Shown: positions 24,582-35,913 of the stretch, piece by piece
Layout of the letters: every line of letters starts with the position of its first letter
Position numbering within the stretch: position 1 is the stretch's first letter
Source: Schizochytrium sp. TIO01
Taxonomy: Eukaryota; Protista; Bigyra: Labyrinthulomycetes
Direction: 5' to 3'
DNA: 64,000 nucleotides
NCBI GenBank assembly: GCA_004764695.1
Contig: SMSO01000004.1
Location: 992,001-1,056,000, forward strand
Translations under genes and position numbers: made by a program
Notes under the pieces: generated by a model
Seen by the model: the letters and a program-made list of their open reading frames with translations, nothing else
Told to the model about the DNA's origin: nothing
Database searches by the model: none

Positions 24582-27551
24582 ATGTCTGGACCGCCACCCC
24601 GTGGCCCACCACCTGGGAGGGGGCCTCCAGGCGTGCCACCCAGAGGCCCCCCTGGAATGTCACCTCCTCCTGGAGGTCCTCCAGGAGGTCCTCCAGGTAT
24701 GCCTCCACGGGGTCCACCAGGAGGTCCTCCAGGTATGCCTCCACGGGGTCCACCAGGAGGTCCTCCAGGTATGCCTCCACGAGGTCCTCCAGGTGGTCCA
24801 CCAGGTATGCATCCACGAGGTCCACCAGGAGGCACTCCAGGTATGCCTCCACGAGGTCCTCCAGGAGTAATGTCTCCTGGTGGACCACCAGGGCGCGGAC
24901 CTCCTCCAAGAGGACCTCCTGGTGGACCAGAAAGTCCTGCACCAGGTATGATGCCGAGAGGACCTCCAGGACGTGGTCCACCAGGTAGCCCTGCTCCTCC
25001 TGGGGCTCTAGCACGGGGACCCCCCGGAGCTTCACCACCAGGAATGCCTCCACGAGGACCTCCTGGAAGTCCTGCTCCCCCAGGGATGCCACCAAGAGGC
25101 CCTCCTGGGAGTTCTCCACCACCGGGAGGTCCGCCAGCGAGAGGCCCTCCAGGGATGCCACCAAGAGGACCACCCGGAAGTTCTCCATTGCCAGGGGGGC
25201 CTCCAGCAAGAGGTCCTCCAGGAATGCCGCCTGGCGGACCGCCAGCAAGAGGTCCTCCTGGTATGCCGCCTGGTGGACCACCAGCAAGAGGCCCTCCTGG
25301 TCGTGGACCCCCTGGAAGTCCTGCTCCACCGGGAGGTCCTCCAGGAATGCCAGCAAGAGGCCCTCCAGGGAGCTCCCCTCCTCCTGGTGGACCTCCAGCA
25401 AGAGGTCCTCCTGGAATGTCACCGGGTGGACCCCCAGGAAGGGGCCCACCTGGAATGCCACCTGGTGGACCTCCAGCAAGGGGCCCTCCTGGAATGCCTC
25501 CTGGTGGACCTCCAGCAAGGGGCCCTCCTGGAATGGCACCAGGAGGTCCTCCTCGAGGTCCACCGGGTGCATCTCCTGGAGGTCCTCCACGAGGCCCACC
25601 TGGAATGCCTCCTGGAGGTCCTCCTCGAGGTCCACCGGGTGCATCTCCTGGAGGTCCTCCACGAGGCCCACCTGGAATGCCTCCTGGAGGTCCTCCACGA
25701 GGCCCACCTGGAATGCCTCCTGGAGGTCCTCCTCGAGGTCCACCGGGTGCATCTCCTGGAGGTCCTCCACGAGGCCCACCTGGAATGCCTCCTGGAGGTC
25801 CTCCACGAGGTCCACCGGGTGCATCTCCTGGAGGTCCTCCACGAGGCCCACCTGGAATGCCTCCTGGAGGTCCACCACGAGGTCCACCTGGAATGCCTCC
25901 TGGGGGTCCTCCAAGAGGTCCACCTGGAATGCCTCCTGGGGGTCCTCCAAGAGGTCCACCTGGAATCCCTCCTGGAGGACCACCTCGAGGCCCTCCCGGA
26001 ATGCCTCCTGGAGGACCACCTCCTGGACCAGGAGGTCCTCCAAGAGGCCCACCTGGAGCTCCACCAGGTCTTGGAGCACCACCAGGTCCTCCGATATCTC
26101 TGTCTGCACCCCAGCCAGGAGGCAAAGACGATCGCTATGGTCTTTTAACAATCAAAGTTATGCGCGGAGTTGACCTAAAAACTGCAGGGTTCATGGGTAA
26201 AGCTGATCCTTATGCACATCTGACCATTGGTGATCAAGAATTTAGTACAAAGGCACACAAAAATGGAGGTAAACGTCCAGTGTGGGGAGATTCATATGAC
26301 TTTAAAGTTGAAAATCAGAAGGTACTCAGTATCAAGGTCATGGATAAGGAAACTGTTGGCCAAGACAAACTTATTGGCTCTGCTGAAGTTGGACTTTTAG
26401 ATTGGCTTTCAAAGGGTGCGTTCGATGGAGATGTTGATATTTTTGATGCAAATGGAGCCCCAGCAGGAAAAGTGACCCTGGCTGTGAAATTCCAGCGTCC
26501 CACAAATTCGATTGTCCCCGGTCCGCCTAAAGCTCCGGGCCCGCCTAAAGTTTTGGGAGATTCAGGACCTGCCCCACCTGGAGGTAAAGCGCCCCCACCA
26601 GGTGCGGTGCCTCCTCAAATGGTCGGTAGAGGAGGTGCCGGCCCTGTCCCCGCGGCACAGGCGCAAGAAACGCGTGACCCAAATGGTACATTCACGGATC
26701 AAGAAATCAAAGAAGCGTTCGAGAGCTTTGATTTAGATCACAACCACTTCGTTGGTGCAGCTGAGATTCGGCACGTACTCATTAACATTGGAGAGCAGGC
26801 TACTGACGAAGAAGTTGATGAAATGATTAGCATGGTTGACAAGGATGGTGATGGTCAGGTGTGCTTTGACGAGTTTTATGAAATGATTACAGGTCGCAGT
26901 CCACCTCCTGGGCTTTATGATGGTCCAGGTGGAGGCAGTGGAGGTGGCAAAGTTCCTCCGCCACCGCCGGGAGGCGCGTCTACAAGACCCCAGGGTGGTG
27001 GCAACCCAGTTATTGCTGAGCGAAACGAGCGTAAGGAGCTTCTTAACGAGTTCGCAACTTCACATAATCTCAAACCAGAATCTATCAAGAAGGCCTTCAA
27101 GCGCTTCCAGGCTATTGATAAGGATCAGAGCGGTCTTATTGATTACACTGAATTCTGCGAGGTTATGCAAATTGACCCAAGCCCTCAGGCAGAAAAGGTC
27201 TTTCAGACATTTGATCGTGAAAAGGTCGGTCAGCTTGATATCCGTGAATTTATGATTGCAATTGCGAACTTTACTGGCGCTTCGAAGGAAGAAAAGCTCA
27301 AATTCTCATTTCTTATCTTCGATGAAGATGGAAATGGCGTTATCACCAAGCAAGAGTTGGTCAAGATTCTCAAAGCCAACCATCTTGCAACCTCTGAAAA
27401 AGAGGTTTCTCGCAAGGCCGATACAATCATGGCTCAAGCTGACAAGGATGGAGATGGTGTCATTAGTTTTGATGAATACCAGATCATCAGCAAGCGTTTC
27501 CCGAATTTGTTGTTCAGCTCCTATGCGATGGCAACTCAGGCCATGAAATAA
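24582..27551 (+). CDS. Pro/Gly-rich repeat + C2 domain + calmodulin-like EF-hand pair + calcineurin-B-like four-EF-hand protein (989 aa)
   Basis: About 510 aa of PPG/PPRG repeats. C2 domain (LTIKVMRGVDLK..ADPYAHL..PVWGDSYDF..VMDKETVGQDKLIG). CaM C-lobe-like EIKEAFESFDLDHNHFVGAAEIRHVLINIGEQATDEEVDEMISMVDKDGDGQVCFDEF. CNB-like loops DKDQSGLID, DREKVGQLD, DEDGNGVIT (after EEKLKFSFLIF) and DKDGDGVIS. Confidence 0.92.
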   Translation: MSGPPPRGPPPGRGPPGVPPRGPPGMSPPPGGPPGGPPGMPPRGPPGGPPGMPPRGPPGGPPGMPPRGPPGGPPGMHPRGPPGGTPGMPPRGPPGVMSPGGPPGRGPPPRGPPGGPESPAPGMMPRGPPGRGPPGSPAPPGALARGPPGASPPGMPPRGPPGSPAPPGMPPRGPPGSSPPPGGPPARGPPGMPPRGPPGSSPLPGGPPARGPPGMPPGGPPARGPPGMPPGGPPARGPPGRGPPGSPAPPGGPPGMPARGPPGSSPPPGGPPARGPPGMSPGGPPGRGPPGMPPGGPPARGPPGMPPGGPPARGPPGMAPGGPPRGPPGASPGGPPRGPPGMPPGGPPRGPPGASPGGPPRGPPGMPPGGPPRGPPGMPPGGPPRGPPGASPGGPPRGPPGMPPGGPPRGPPGASPGGPPRGPPGMPPGGPPRGPPGMPPGGPPRGPPGMPPGGPPRGPPGIPPGGPPRGPPGMPPGGPPPGPGGPPRGPPGAPPGLGAPPGPPISLSAPQPGGKDDRYGLLTIKVMRGVDLKTAGFMGKADPYAHLTIGDQEFSTKAHKNGGKRPVWGDSYDFKVENQKVLSIKVMDKETVGQDKLIGSAEVGLLDWLSKGAFDGDVDIFDANGAPAGKVTLAVKFQRPTNSIVPGPPKAPGPPKVLGDSGPAPPGGKAPPPGAVPPQMVGRGGAGPVPAAQAQETRDPNGTFTDQEIKEAFESFDLDHNHFVGAAEIRHVLINIGEQATDEEVDEMISMVDKDGDGQVCFDEFYEMITGRSPPPGLYDGPGGGSGGGKVPPPPPGGASTRPQGGGNPVIAERNERKELLNEFATSHNLKPESIKKAFKRFQAIDKDQSGLIDYTEFCEVMQIDPSPQAEKVFQTFDREKVGQLDIREFMIAIANFTGASKEEKLKFSFLIFDEDGNGVITKQELVKILKANHLATSEKEVSRKADTIMAQADKDGDGVISFDEYQIISKRFPNLLFSSYAMATQAMK
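25542..26009 (+). repeat. Coding minisatellite, 13 x 36 bp (GGPPRGPPG-ASP/MPP/IPP)
   Basis: Near-identical 36-nt units in the order A-B-A-B-B-A-B-A-B-B-B-B'-B (A=...GASP, B=...GMPP, B'=...GIPP). Confidence 0.9.
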
Positions 27552-28991
27552 AGGACTCAATGTATCCTGAGGATGGACCAATAGATCCTCTTTTTCTTCA
27601 CTTTCTGAAAGTTGCAGATTCGTTCGTGTGACGCCACGGCTTGCTTTGAGAACGGTATTCCATCCTCCTGGTCCACGCCCATATTTCTGTAGTTAGTTGT
27701 GAGACAATGCGTTCACTAGCTCTAGTGACTGTGTCCGCTTATGTCTTTGCAGATTTGCATGGTATTCAATAGCATACTCACCACGGCATTGTGATGGATG
27801 CTCACAATTGAAAATTTCAACTCTTGAGAATATTTGCACTCGATGTGTTTTTTTGTGTAATCTTTACTTCATTCAATCCATCATTTTACATATTTCATTC
27901 CTATTTACCTTTCTTCATCTCTTCGCTTTCTTGCTGTGCCTTGCGTTTGCTTGCACAAGATAGTTGCCTGGTAATAAATATGCTGAAGTTTACTACCCAG
28001 GTACCAGGCTTAATCGTTCGACAGTCAAACTTCCTTTTCACAGTTTTCGCATCATTTCCACACACCAACATATCGTTTTCAATGGGGCTTTTCTGATCAT
28101 TCTCAAATTGAAGTTTCTGTTTTCCCTCTTGAGCCTAATCTTCTCAAAAATGTTCTATAAAAAGCTAATGATAGGTAAGTAACTTAGAGGTAGTAGTATT
28201 ATTTCCCCCACCAGGCGCACAAGGTCAGCAAGCACTAGATGCAGGACTATGTAGCAGTTACCGAATTCGTTTCTCATCATTGAGTTATCATCCTGAGAAG
28301 CACTCCTAGATGTATGCCTACTTCTAATGGAGCTGCCCATCTACGATCAGCCGACTCCAAAGAGATCAGAGTCACCGCACTTAAGTTGGCAGCATATTCG
28401 TTAATTTCGTGCTTCTTCGCAACAAACAAGAAGAAGCTGTTAGCTCTCTTAGTATGGGCCTTAGTCAGCATTGCTAGCAAGCGCGTACTCTTAGTAGTTG
28501 TTCTTAGTAATGTCCTGGTTGTCTCTCGTTTGCGTAATGATCAATTTGCGCACTCACACCATTGGACTCTTTGTTTGTTTCTTGATTCACCGCACTTCTC
28601 TTCAGTCCGCATCTTGCCGCGCTCTGGTCATAAGCAGCGCGCTTCGCAGCCGTGGAGAGATCAACTGCGACTGGCCCTGGGGTTTGCACGAGTCGGTGCG
28701 AACAGTGCACTTGCTGTTTGCTCGAAACGTTGCCTTTGATTGAGGTGGACTGGACGATTTATCAGCACCGATTTTTTTTTTTCTGTTTGCGCCGTTCGCT
28801 TTCTCTGCGACCTTGCGACATTGACATAAGGCTTTCTTTTCTAGGTCACCTTTAGTTCTTCAAAACAAACTGCTGCTTGATACCGAATTTGGTTTGCTCT
28901 TCAATAGCTGGGCCAAATAGAAAATCAAAAACGTCTGTGAGCTGCTCGAGGTGTTGATCCCTTTCTTGACTGAGTAGAGTTTAGTATCACC

Positions 28992-30057
28992 ATGTCTATC
29001 CCGGCAACCATTTTTCACCACCTCACGGTCTTTGGCCTGAGCGAACAGATGTCGGCTACTCTGGTAAGTTGTCTGAGCTTAACAGCATTGCAAGTTCCTT
29101 TTCATTCAGGATGGTTCTTGGGGGATTACAACATGAATAATGTAGATTGAGATTTTATGTTGTAAGGAAGGCCATTCGGTTTGCTGGGTGGGTTCTTAGT
29201 TTGTTCTGGTGCTGAGTAGGGAAATGAACAAAATCAGCAGGTTTTAGCTGACATGCACATTTGGTTTTCTTTTGACGCTATGCGGAAAAATTTTTGTACT
29301 ACAGACCTCGTTTGGAATTTTTTCTGGGCTTTTCGCAGTTTCGTATGGGTATCTTTCGAACAACAAACGCGTTCAGGACTTGAACCGTGAGAATCGTGAG
29401 AAGCTCTATATCATGCTTCCTTCCCAGGTCCATGCTTTGGTTGTTTGTGTCAATGCTCTACTGATTGTTTTGGGCTCAGACAATGAAGTTCTGCTGAAGG
29501 ACCGAATGTATGGAACCACTGCTCTTGCCGGATGGACTCATGCCTTCTCCTGTGGATACTTTCTCTATGATTTTGTCGTTGTTCTTATGCACCTCCCTGT
29601 GGATATGAAGTTTTTGCTTCATGCCGTTGTTTGCGGACTTGCCTACTGGTATGCCCAAAACCCACTCTTCCAATACTATACAATTCGTTTTCTTTTATTT
29701 GAGCTGAGCACTCCAATGTTGAATATCATGAGCCTTGCTCAGATTCTCAGCTGGCCGAAAAAGTGGCAGACCATTGTTGAAAAGCTTTTTGGTGCTTGCT
29801 TTGTGGGATGTCGTTTGATCTATGGCTTGCCCATGGCAATCGCCTTCGATAGATACTTGATCGATTTGTTCCTGCAACAACAGGACCCCAAGACGTTTTC
29901 ATCAAACGTGCCTTCATCGCCTATGCTTGCCTTTTGCATCTTTGCGATCTCCTCCATGGCTGGGCTCAATGTTGTGTGGTTTTTGCTTGCTCTCTTTGGC
30001 AAGAAGCCTGCTGCGCACATGCCCGACAAAGAGGATGCACAGAGGAAGTCAAAATAA
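28992..30057 (+). CDS. TLC (TRAM/LAG1/CLN8) domain membrane protein, TMEM56/TLCD4-like; exons 28992-29063 and 29305-30057
   Basis: TLC motifs (S-x-VHA, FSCGYFLYD, FLLHAV, FLLFELSTPMLN, F-x-GCRL) and several transmembrane helices. Exon 1 runs from ATG (CACCATG) to CTG|GTAAGT. The acceptor TTTTTGTACTACAG|ACC joins in frame (phase 0, 241-nt intron). Confidence 0.88.
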
Positions 30058-30844
30058 GGTCCGTTCTTTCTTATCAAATGTGCATTGAGAGGCACGGGAG
30101 TTCCATTTTTTCCTTGACACCAGGAAGAATTTGCTTCTCAGTGCACTTAACCTCACTGGCGCACTTATAATAATGAATTATCTAATGTAGTGTGCCAGCT
30201 ACGATTGTTCGACAATCGTTGTCTGCGCGCCCCACCTTTTTGCTATACCGTAACAAACTAATGCCTATATAGTATTCACTTTAAAGAGACTTCATCCGAT
30301 TTTTGTTTTGACTCTTGGTTCCACACCATGCTCAATACATGCTTCATTACAATATGTGCAGACACATGATAGACAAGATCACTAGCAACGCGTGATCTTT
30401 TCATATCTACAAAACTTGGAAAACAAAACTTATGTAGCTGTATGAAGTCTTACAAACACAGCACAGTTTGATAGTGTGTTTGATTTTTTGACCTCTTACC
30501 ATATGCTGCTTTGAGAGAAAGACAGAGAAATTAAGAAAAGATGGTCATGGTACATTCTTTTTGGATTGACCTTTGTCACAAAATGCCTACATTTTGCACT
30601 TCTTGGCCAATTCTCTTTGATTGAGGTAAAAGGGGGAGCTCGAAAATAAAACCAACTTTACACGTGCGTAGGCACTGTCGTGTGTATGTTATACACAAAG
30701 TAGGGGGGAATTCCCAGCTTGACATGACTGATGTTAGTTGTCCGTGCTACTAGACAAGCAAGGCAGATAGGAGTTTTCAATGATAAAAAACAAAATGGAC
30801 TGATGCAAATATTGAGGTTGAGTTTCTATCTTTGTGAAAAAGGA

Positions 30845-33800
30845 TTACACTTTGACTTTCTTGTTAGCTTCGTCTTTTGATGCCTTTTCTTCATCATTCT
30901 GAGAGTCAGGAGCCGGGCGCTTTTCTGGGCCAAAGCCGCCACCACCAGGAGTCAAAATGCGAAGACGCTGGCCAGGCTTGACCTTCACTGAGGCCTTGCC
31001 GCCAAGATTAACCAGATCCTCTGCACCAGTCTCTGGGTCAATCGTCACAAGCAAGTTTTGTCCAGGCTGCGCATCCTCTCCACCCATCAGCCCGAAAGGT
31101 GCACGAGATCGACGCTCTGAGAGAATGCTTGCAGTCATGGGACGCAAAAATTCAACTTCACGAATAACACCATCACCTCCGTGATGCTTACCACGACCGC
31201 CAGAACCTAGGCGCAGACTAAAGCATCGCAAGATGACTGGAAAACGCTTCTCCAAGATTTCTGGATCTGTGATGCGGGTGTTTGTCATTGCCGTATGCAC
31301 ACCACTGCGACCATCCCAGGTTGGACCTGCTCCAGCACCTCCAGCAATTGTTTCATAGTAACCAAAACGTTCGTCACCAAATGTGAAGTTGTTCATGCAT
31401 CCTTGTGAAGCAGCGCAGGCTTCAAAGGCCCTGAAAATGACATCTACCACTCGCTGGCTTGTCAAGACATTGCCACCGACAACTGCACTTTCAGGACTCG
31501 GATTGAGAATAGTGTGAGGAGGAATCTTGGTCGTAACTGGTTTAAGACAACCCTGGTTTAGGGGGATGGTTTGTCCGACAAGGCAGCGAAGGGTGAAAAT
31601 AATAGCCGAGTAAGTCACAGCAGGTGGTGCATTACAGTTGCCCAGAACCTGAGGACCGGTACCTTCAAAGTCAAAGATTGCACTACCACTTTTCGGGTCG
31701 ATTTCAATCATGACCTTGATCGGTGTTCCGTCATCCATGTAATCCGTAGTACTCACTTTGTTGACACCTTTTTTCTTGACAAAGTCAATTAGCATATCGC
31801 GAACAGCTCGCTCAGCATTGTCTTGAATATGTGTCATGTATGCAATTACAGTATTGTGCCCACATTCATTGATAAGCTCACGCACAAGGCGCACACCATG
31901 GTTGTTTGCAGCTACTTGGGCACGCAAGTCAGATATATTGTCTGCAAGAGTCCTGGTACCAGTGCATTCTGGATCCTTTGGATTAGATGGCGTTGTGAGA
32001 ATCTTGGAAATTCCTTCCTCCTGGAACTTGCCCTCTTTCACGAGCTTGAATGTCACAATTGCGGCGCCTTCGTCAGCAAGTGCTTTAGAGTGCGGGGGCA
32101 TTGATCCAGGAGTAATACCACCAACATCAGCATGGTGACCTCGGCTAGCTACCCAGAAGACAATTTCACCACTGTCTGAAAAGCATGGAGTGATGACTGT
32201 GATATCAGGCAAGTGGGAGCCACCAGCAAGTTGAGGATGGTTCGAGACCAGCACGTCACCTTCCTGGATGCCTCCGTGTGCACCATCCTTGTAATATTCT
32301 TGCTGAAAGCGGATGGCTGCAGACATTGCACCAAGGTGCACTGGAATGTGAGGCGCGTTGGCGACAAGACCGCCATCAGGCCCAAAGAGCGCACAGCTAA
32401 AATCAAGCCGTTCCTTAACGTTCACAGATACAGAGGTGCGTTGAAGAGTTCTACCCATTTGCTCAGCGATTCCCATGAAACGATGAGAAAAAAGTGCAAG
32501 CTGAATAGGGTCGGCACGCTCCAGCTCGTTGGGATCCTTATCTCCAGACTCCTCTGGCTGCAAAATATCAACAGTTACATCACCGTACACACTCACAGAG
32601 GCACGGCAATCTGGCTCGACCACAATGGTCGAATTTGGGTCAATGATGATCGCAGGTCCCTTCAAGGTTTTTTGCAAGATCTGATCTAGCTTGTACACTG
32701 CGGTGTCCTGCCATCCACCAGCGAAGTACACTGAGCGCCGCTCAAAGGGTTCTTCTGCCTCTGTCATAGCAGAGGCACTTTCCTTACTCTTTTCGAATTC
32801 TTCGTCCTGATCAGCACGAGCTTCACTGCGACCACTGGCACGAACTCGCACATCGTCAATGCAAATCGCGCGACCACGGAGAACAAAGCCAAACTCACGA
32901 GCGTACATATCGAGAAAACGTGCTACGTAAGCACCAAGATCATCTTCTCCAGGAACCATGAGCGCTGTGTCGGTACCAACAAAACGCATGTTGAGGAATT
33001 TGATAGAGGAAATGTCATGTTCTTCAAAACCTTGGCTCAAGAGTGTCTTCTGAGCACTTGACAAAACACGGTCAAATATGCCCTGAAGCTGAGACTGTGA
33101 TTCCACAATCTTTGCAGGGTCTGCCTTTTCGCCATAAGCGTCGGGGCTCAGCTCTACTGCGCATGGCTCCTGAGCATCCTCGACGACATCGGCCAGCCCA
33201 ATCCCGTAAGCAGAAAGAATACCTGAGTATCGATGAATGAAGACCTTTCGCATGCCTAGGGCACGAGCAATCGCACAGGCGTGCTGGCCGCCAGCACCTC
33301 CGAAGCAGGCGAGCACATGTTTAGTGATGTCGTAGCCTCGCATCTGGGTCAAGTTGCGGATCGGACGGCACATGGCTTCGTTGGCAACTTGAATGAAACC
33401 ATACGCAACCTCAGCAGCATCTTTGACAGGCATACCTTCTGGAGTTTCAGCTGCGATCATCTTAGTGAGCTCTTCAAACTTATCTTTACTTGCCTGGTCA
33501 TCCAATGCCTCATCTTCATTGGGGCCAAAGATCTTTGGAAAGTAATCTGGGATGAGACGTCCAAGGGCTACATTTGCATCAGTAACGGCAAGGCGTCCAC
33601 CCTTGCGGTAGCAAACTGGCCCAGGGTGCGCACCAACAGATTCTGGACCTACAGAGAAGATTCCAGAACGGTAGCGTAGCTCACTGCCACCGCCAGCTGC
33701 CACCGTGCTGATGTCAAGCTGGGGGGCTTGGATGGTTACACCTGCGGTGGTGGTCTCAAAAACATGTTCGTAGGCTCCAGCGTAGCGTGAAACATCTGTC

Positions 33801-35016
33801 GATGTGCCACCCATGTCAAACCCAACGACCTGGTCTCCCTTCAAACTATCCTTTTCATTTGTACGAGCAGCAAGTCGAGCAGTCAGAGCGTAACCAACCA
33901 CGCCGCCTGCAGGGCCTGAGAGAATTGCCTTGTGTCCTGAAAAACGATCAACTGGTGTAAGACCTCCATCAGATTGCATAAAAGAGACGTTGACATTCTC
34001 AATCAAACCAGGAGCAAACCCGCTAACAAAGGTTTCAATGTAGCGCGCAATGTGGGGTGTTAAATAGGCATCTGCAAAGGTGGTATATCCACGGGGTACA
34101 ATCTTTACCATTTGCATCACCTCGTGAGACAGGGAGACTTGGCGAAAGCAGCCCATTTCCTTGGCAATTTGGCCAACAAGTTTCTCATGCTCAGGATAAA
34201 GTGCAGCATGCATAAATACCACTGCAATACTTTTGATACCCTTTTCTTGTAATTCTTGAAGAATCTTGCGGATCTGGTCAGCGTCAAGGGGCTTTTCGAC
34301 ATACATTTTCTCACCAGTGATAGCATCGTGCAGGTTTTGCGGCTGCAGCGTTGGCCTTTTCATGAGGTCATCATTGGCAAGAAGAACACGCTCATCGACT
34401 TCGATGACATGATCATACAAATTCTCAGGGCACTTGATTTCAAGGTCAAAGAGTTGAGGGCGGGCTTGCGAGCCAATATGCCACACATCACGAAGGCCTC
34501 GCGTAGTCAGAAGTGCAAACCGTTCACCCTTGCGCTCAAGAAGCGCATTGGTCGCCACTGTAGTGCCCATCCGAATGAAGTCTATGCGGTCCCATGGCAG
34601 TGGTTCATTACGAGGGTGTTTCTAGTCGGATTGAAAAGGATATAACAAACTCAGTTAGTTCTTGATAATTTGCTCATAGACCAACAGAATGTAGGTTTTC
34701 TTTTAGAAAGGTTGTATTTATACATTGGAATAACTTTTAAACTTACTGTATCAAAAAATTCCTCGAGCACTCGACGAATTCCTTCACGCGGTGCATCTGA
34801 GTAATTGCCCGGATCTTCACTCAACAGCTTAAGCACCCGGCGCTCCAAAACCTTGACTGGACGAGTAGTGTCAGCACCACCGTTGGAAGCTTGGTCCTTG
34901 TTGGCACTGCCGTCCTCAAAGACAAACTTTTCTGCATAGACATCAGTAAAAGTACCTCCACGATCGATACTAAACCTCGCTTTCACATGCGATTGCGATG
35001 ACGCTTCCGATGCCAT
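30845..35016 (-). CDS. OPLAH: 5-oxoprolinase (ATP-hydrolysing), hydantoinase A+B fusion; exons 35016-34747 and 34621-30845 (~1348 aa)
   Basis: Motifs [128 protein letters not shown] 125-nt GTAAGT...TAG intron (34746-34622) joins the two ORF-track pieces in frame. Confidence 0.96.
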
Positions 35017-35426
35017 GGTTTCCACACAAGACGAGGGTTTCGACACAGAAAAAGATATTCTTGGCCTCAGCCAGACAAACCAGCCTAGACAAGCTAAGAC
35101 CGTCCTAAGCAGAGCTCAAAGGTCTGGACCTCAAGCTTCACTTCTCTCCGCTCCCCGAATTGAGAGTTTGCCAACACCGTCGCAGCTCTTCTGGTTATGA
35201 ATCGCCTGCTCGAAAATCATCGTGATGCGATTGTGAAGTGCCTCCTTAACACCCTGCTAGACAAGCCTAAGTGATTTCCCTTACAAAAGCTCAGACCCAA
35301 ATACTTCAATCATTAGCACTAACTCATAAGAGTGTCTAGCGCTGCAGAAACCTTGCCGATTAGAAGAGCATTAAGTGGGTGCTGCATGTAGAGTAAGCTT
35401 GCTTTGGGCATCTAATGATTGAAGAC

Positions 35427-35549
35427 ATGTTGTCTGAAAAGGGCAAAGTAGAAACAGCAACCAGGAAAAATCAGCTTTTGCTCAGATGTTGTCTGAAAGG
35501 GGCAAAGTAGAAACAGCAATCAGGAAAAATCAGCTTTTGCTCAGATGTT
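35427..35549. repeat. 59-bp tandem duplication (2 copies plus a partial)
   Basis: ATGTTGTCTGAAARGGGCAAAGTAGAAACAGCAAYCAGGAAAAATCAGCTTTTGCTCAG starts at 35427 and again at 35486, with 2 mismatches. Confidence 0.92.
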
Positions 35550-35913
35550 TTCGAGGCAAGTTGATACTTTTTGAACAACAAGGAAATACTTGATTTAAAG
35601 AGGTGTGACGCAGGATCAAATGACAAGGACTACTTTCTAAAGCTCCGCCATAGTCGAGTTTTCCTTTTAAAGGCTTGAGTTTTTTTAATTAAGAGAGTGG
35701 AACATAATTACGCCCTCGAAGGGTCAGTGAAGAAAAGCTTTGGCTTATGCGTCTTCGGAACAAGATCCGAAACTAAACCTACTAATGTCTCAAGGCGTCA
35801 TTGCTTTGGTTCTGTATGTACTAATTTTGTGAAAGATATTGTTCAAAGGGTACCTATCCCATACCATCTGGTGGATTATAGGGAGCGGGCTAGCTTGTGA
35901 CACCCATATGTTG

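Noticed and set aside
24582-26120. Collagen-like protein
   Set aside because: Gly is not at every third residue; the units are PPRG, PPG and GG mixtures.
24520-26151. Long antisense and alternate-frame ORFs (543, 524 and 291 aa) over the Pro/Gly repeat
   Set aside because: They arise from CCN/GGN codon symmetry in the repeat. Only the + frame continues into real domains.
35290-35330. Possible SECIS (ATGA-9 nt-AA-20 nt-GA) on the minus strand
   Set aside because: The helix register next to the core does not pair, and it lies ~600 nt past the stop, beyond the AT-rich likely 3' end near 35680.
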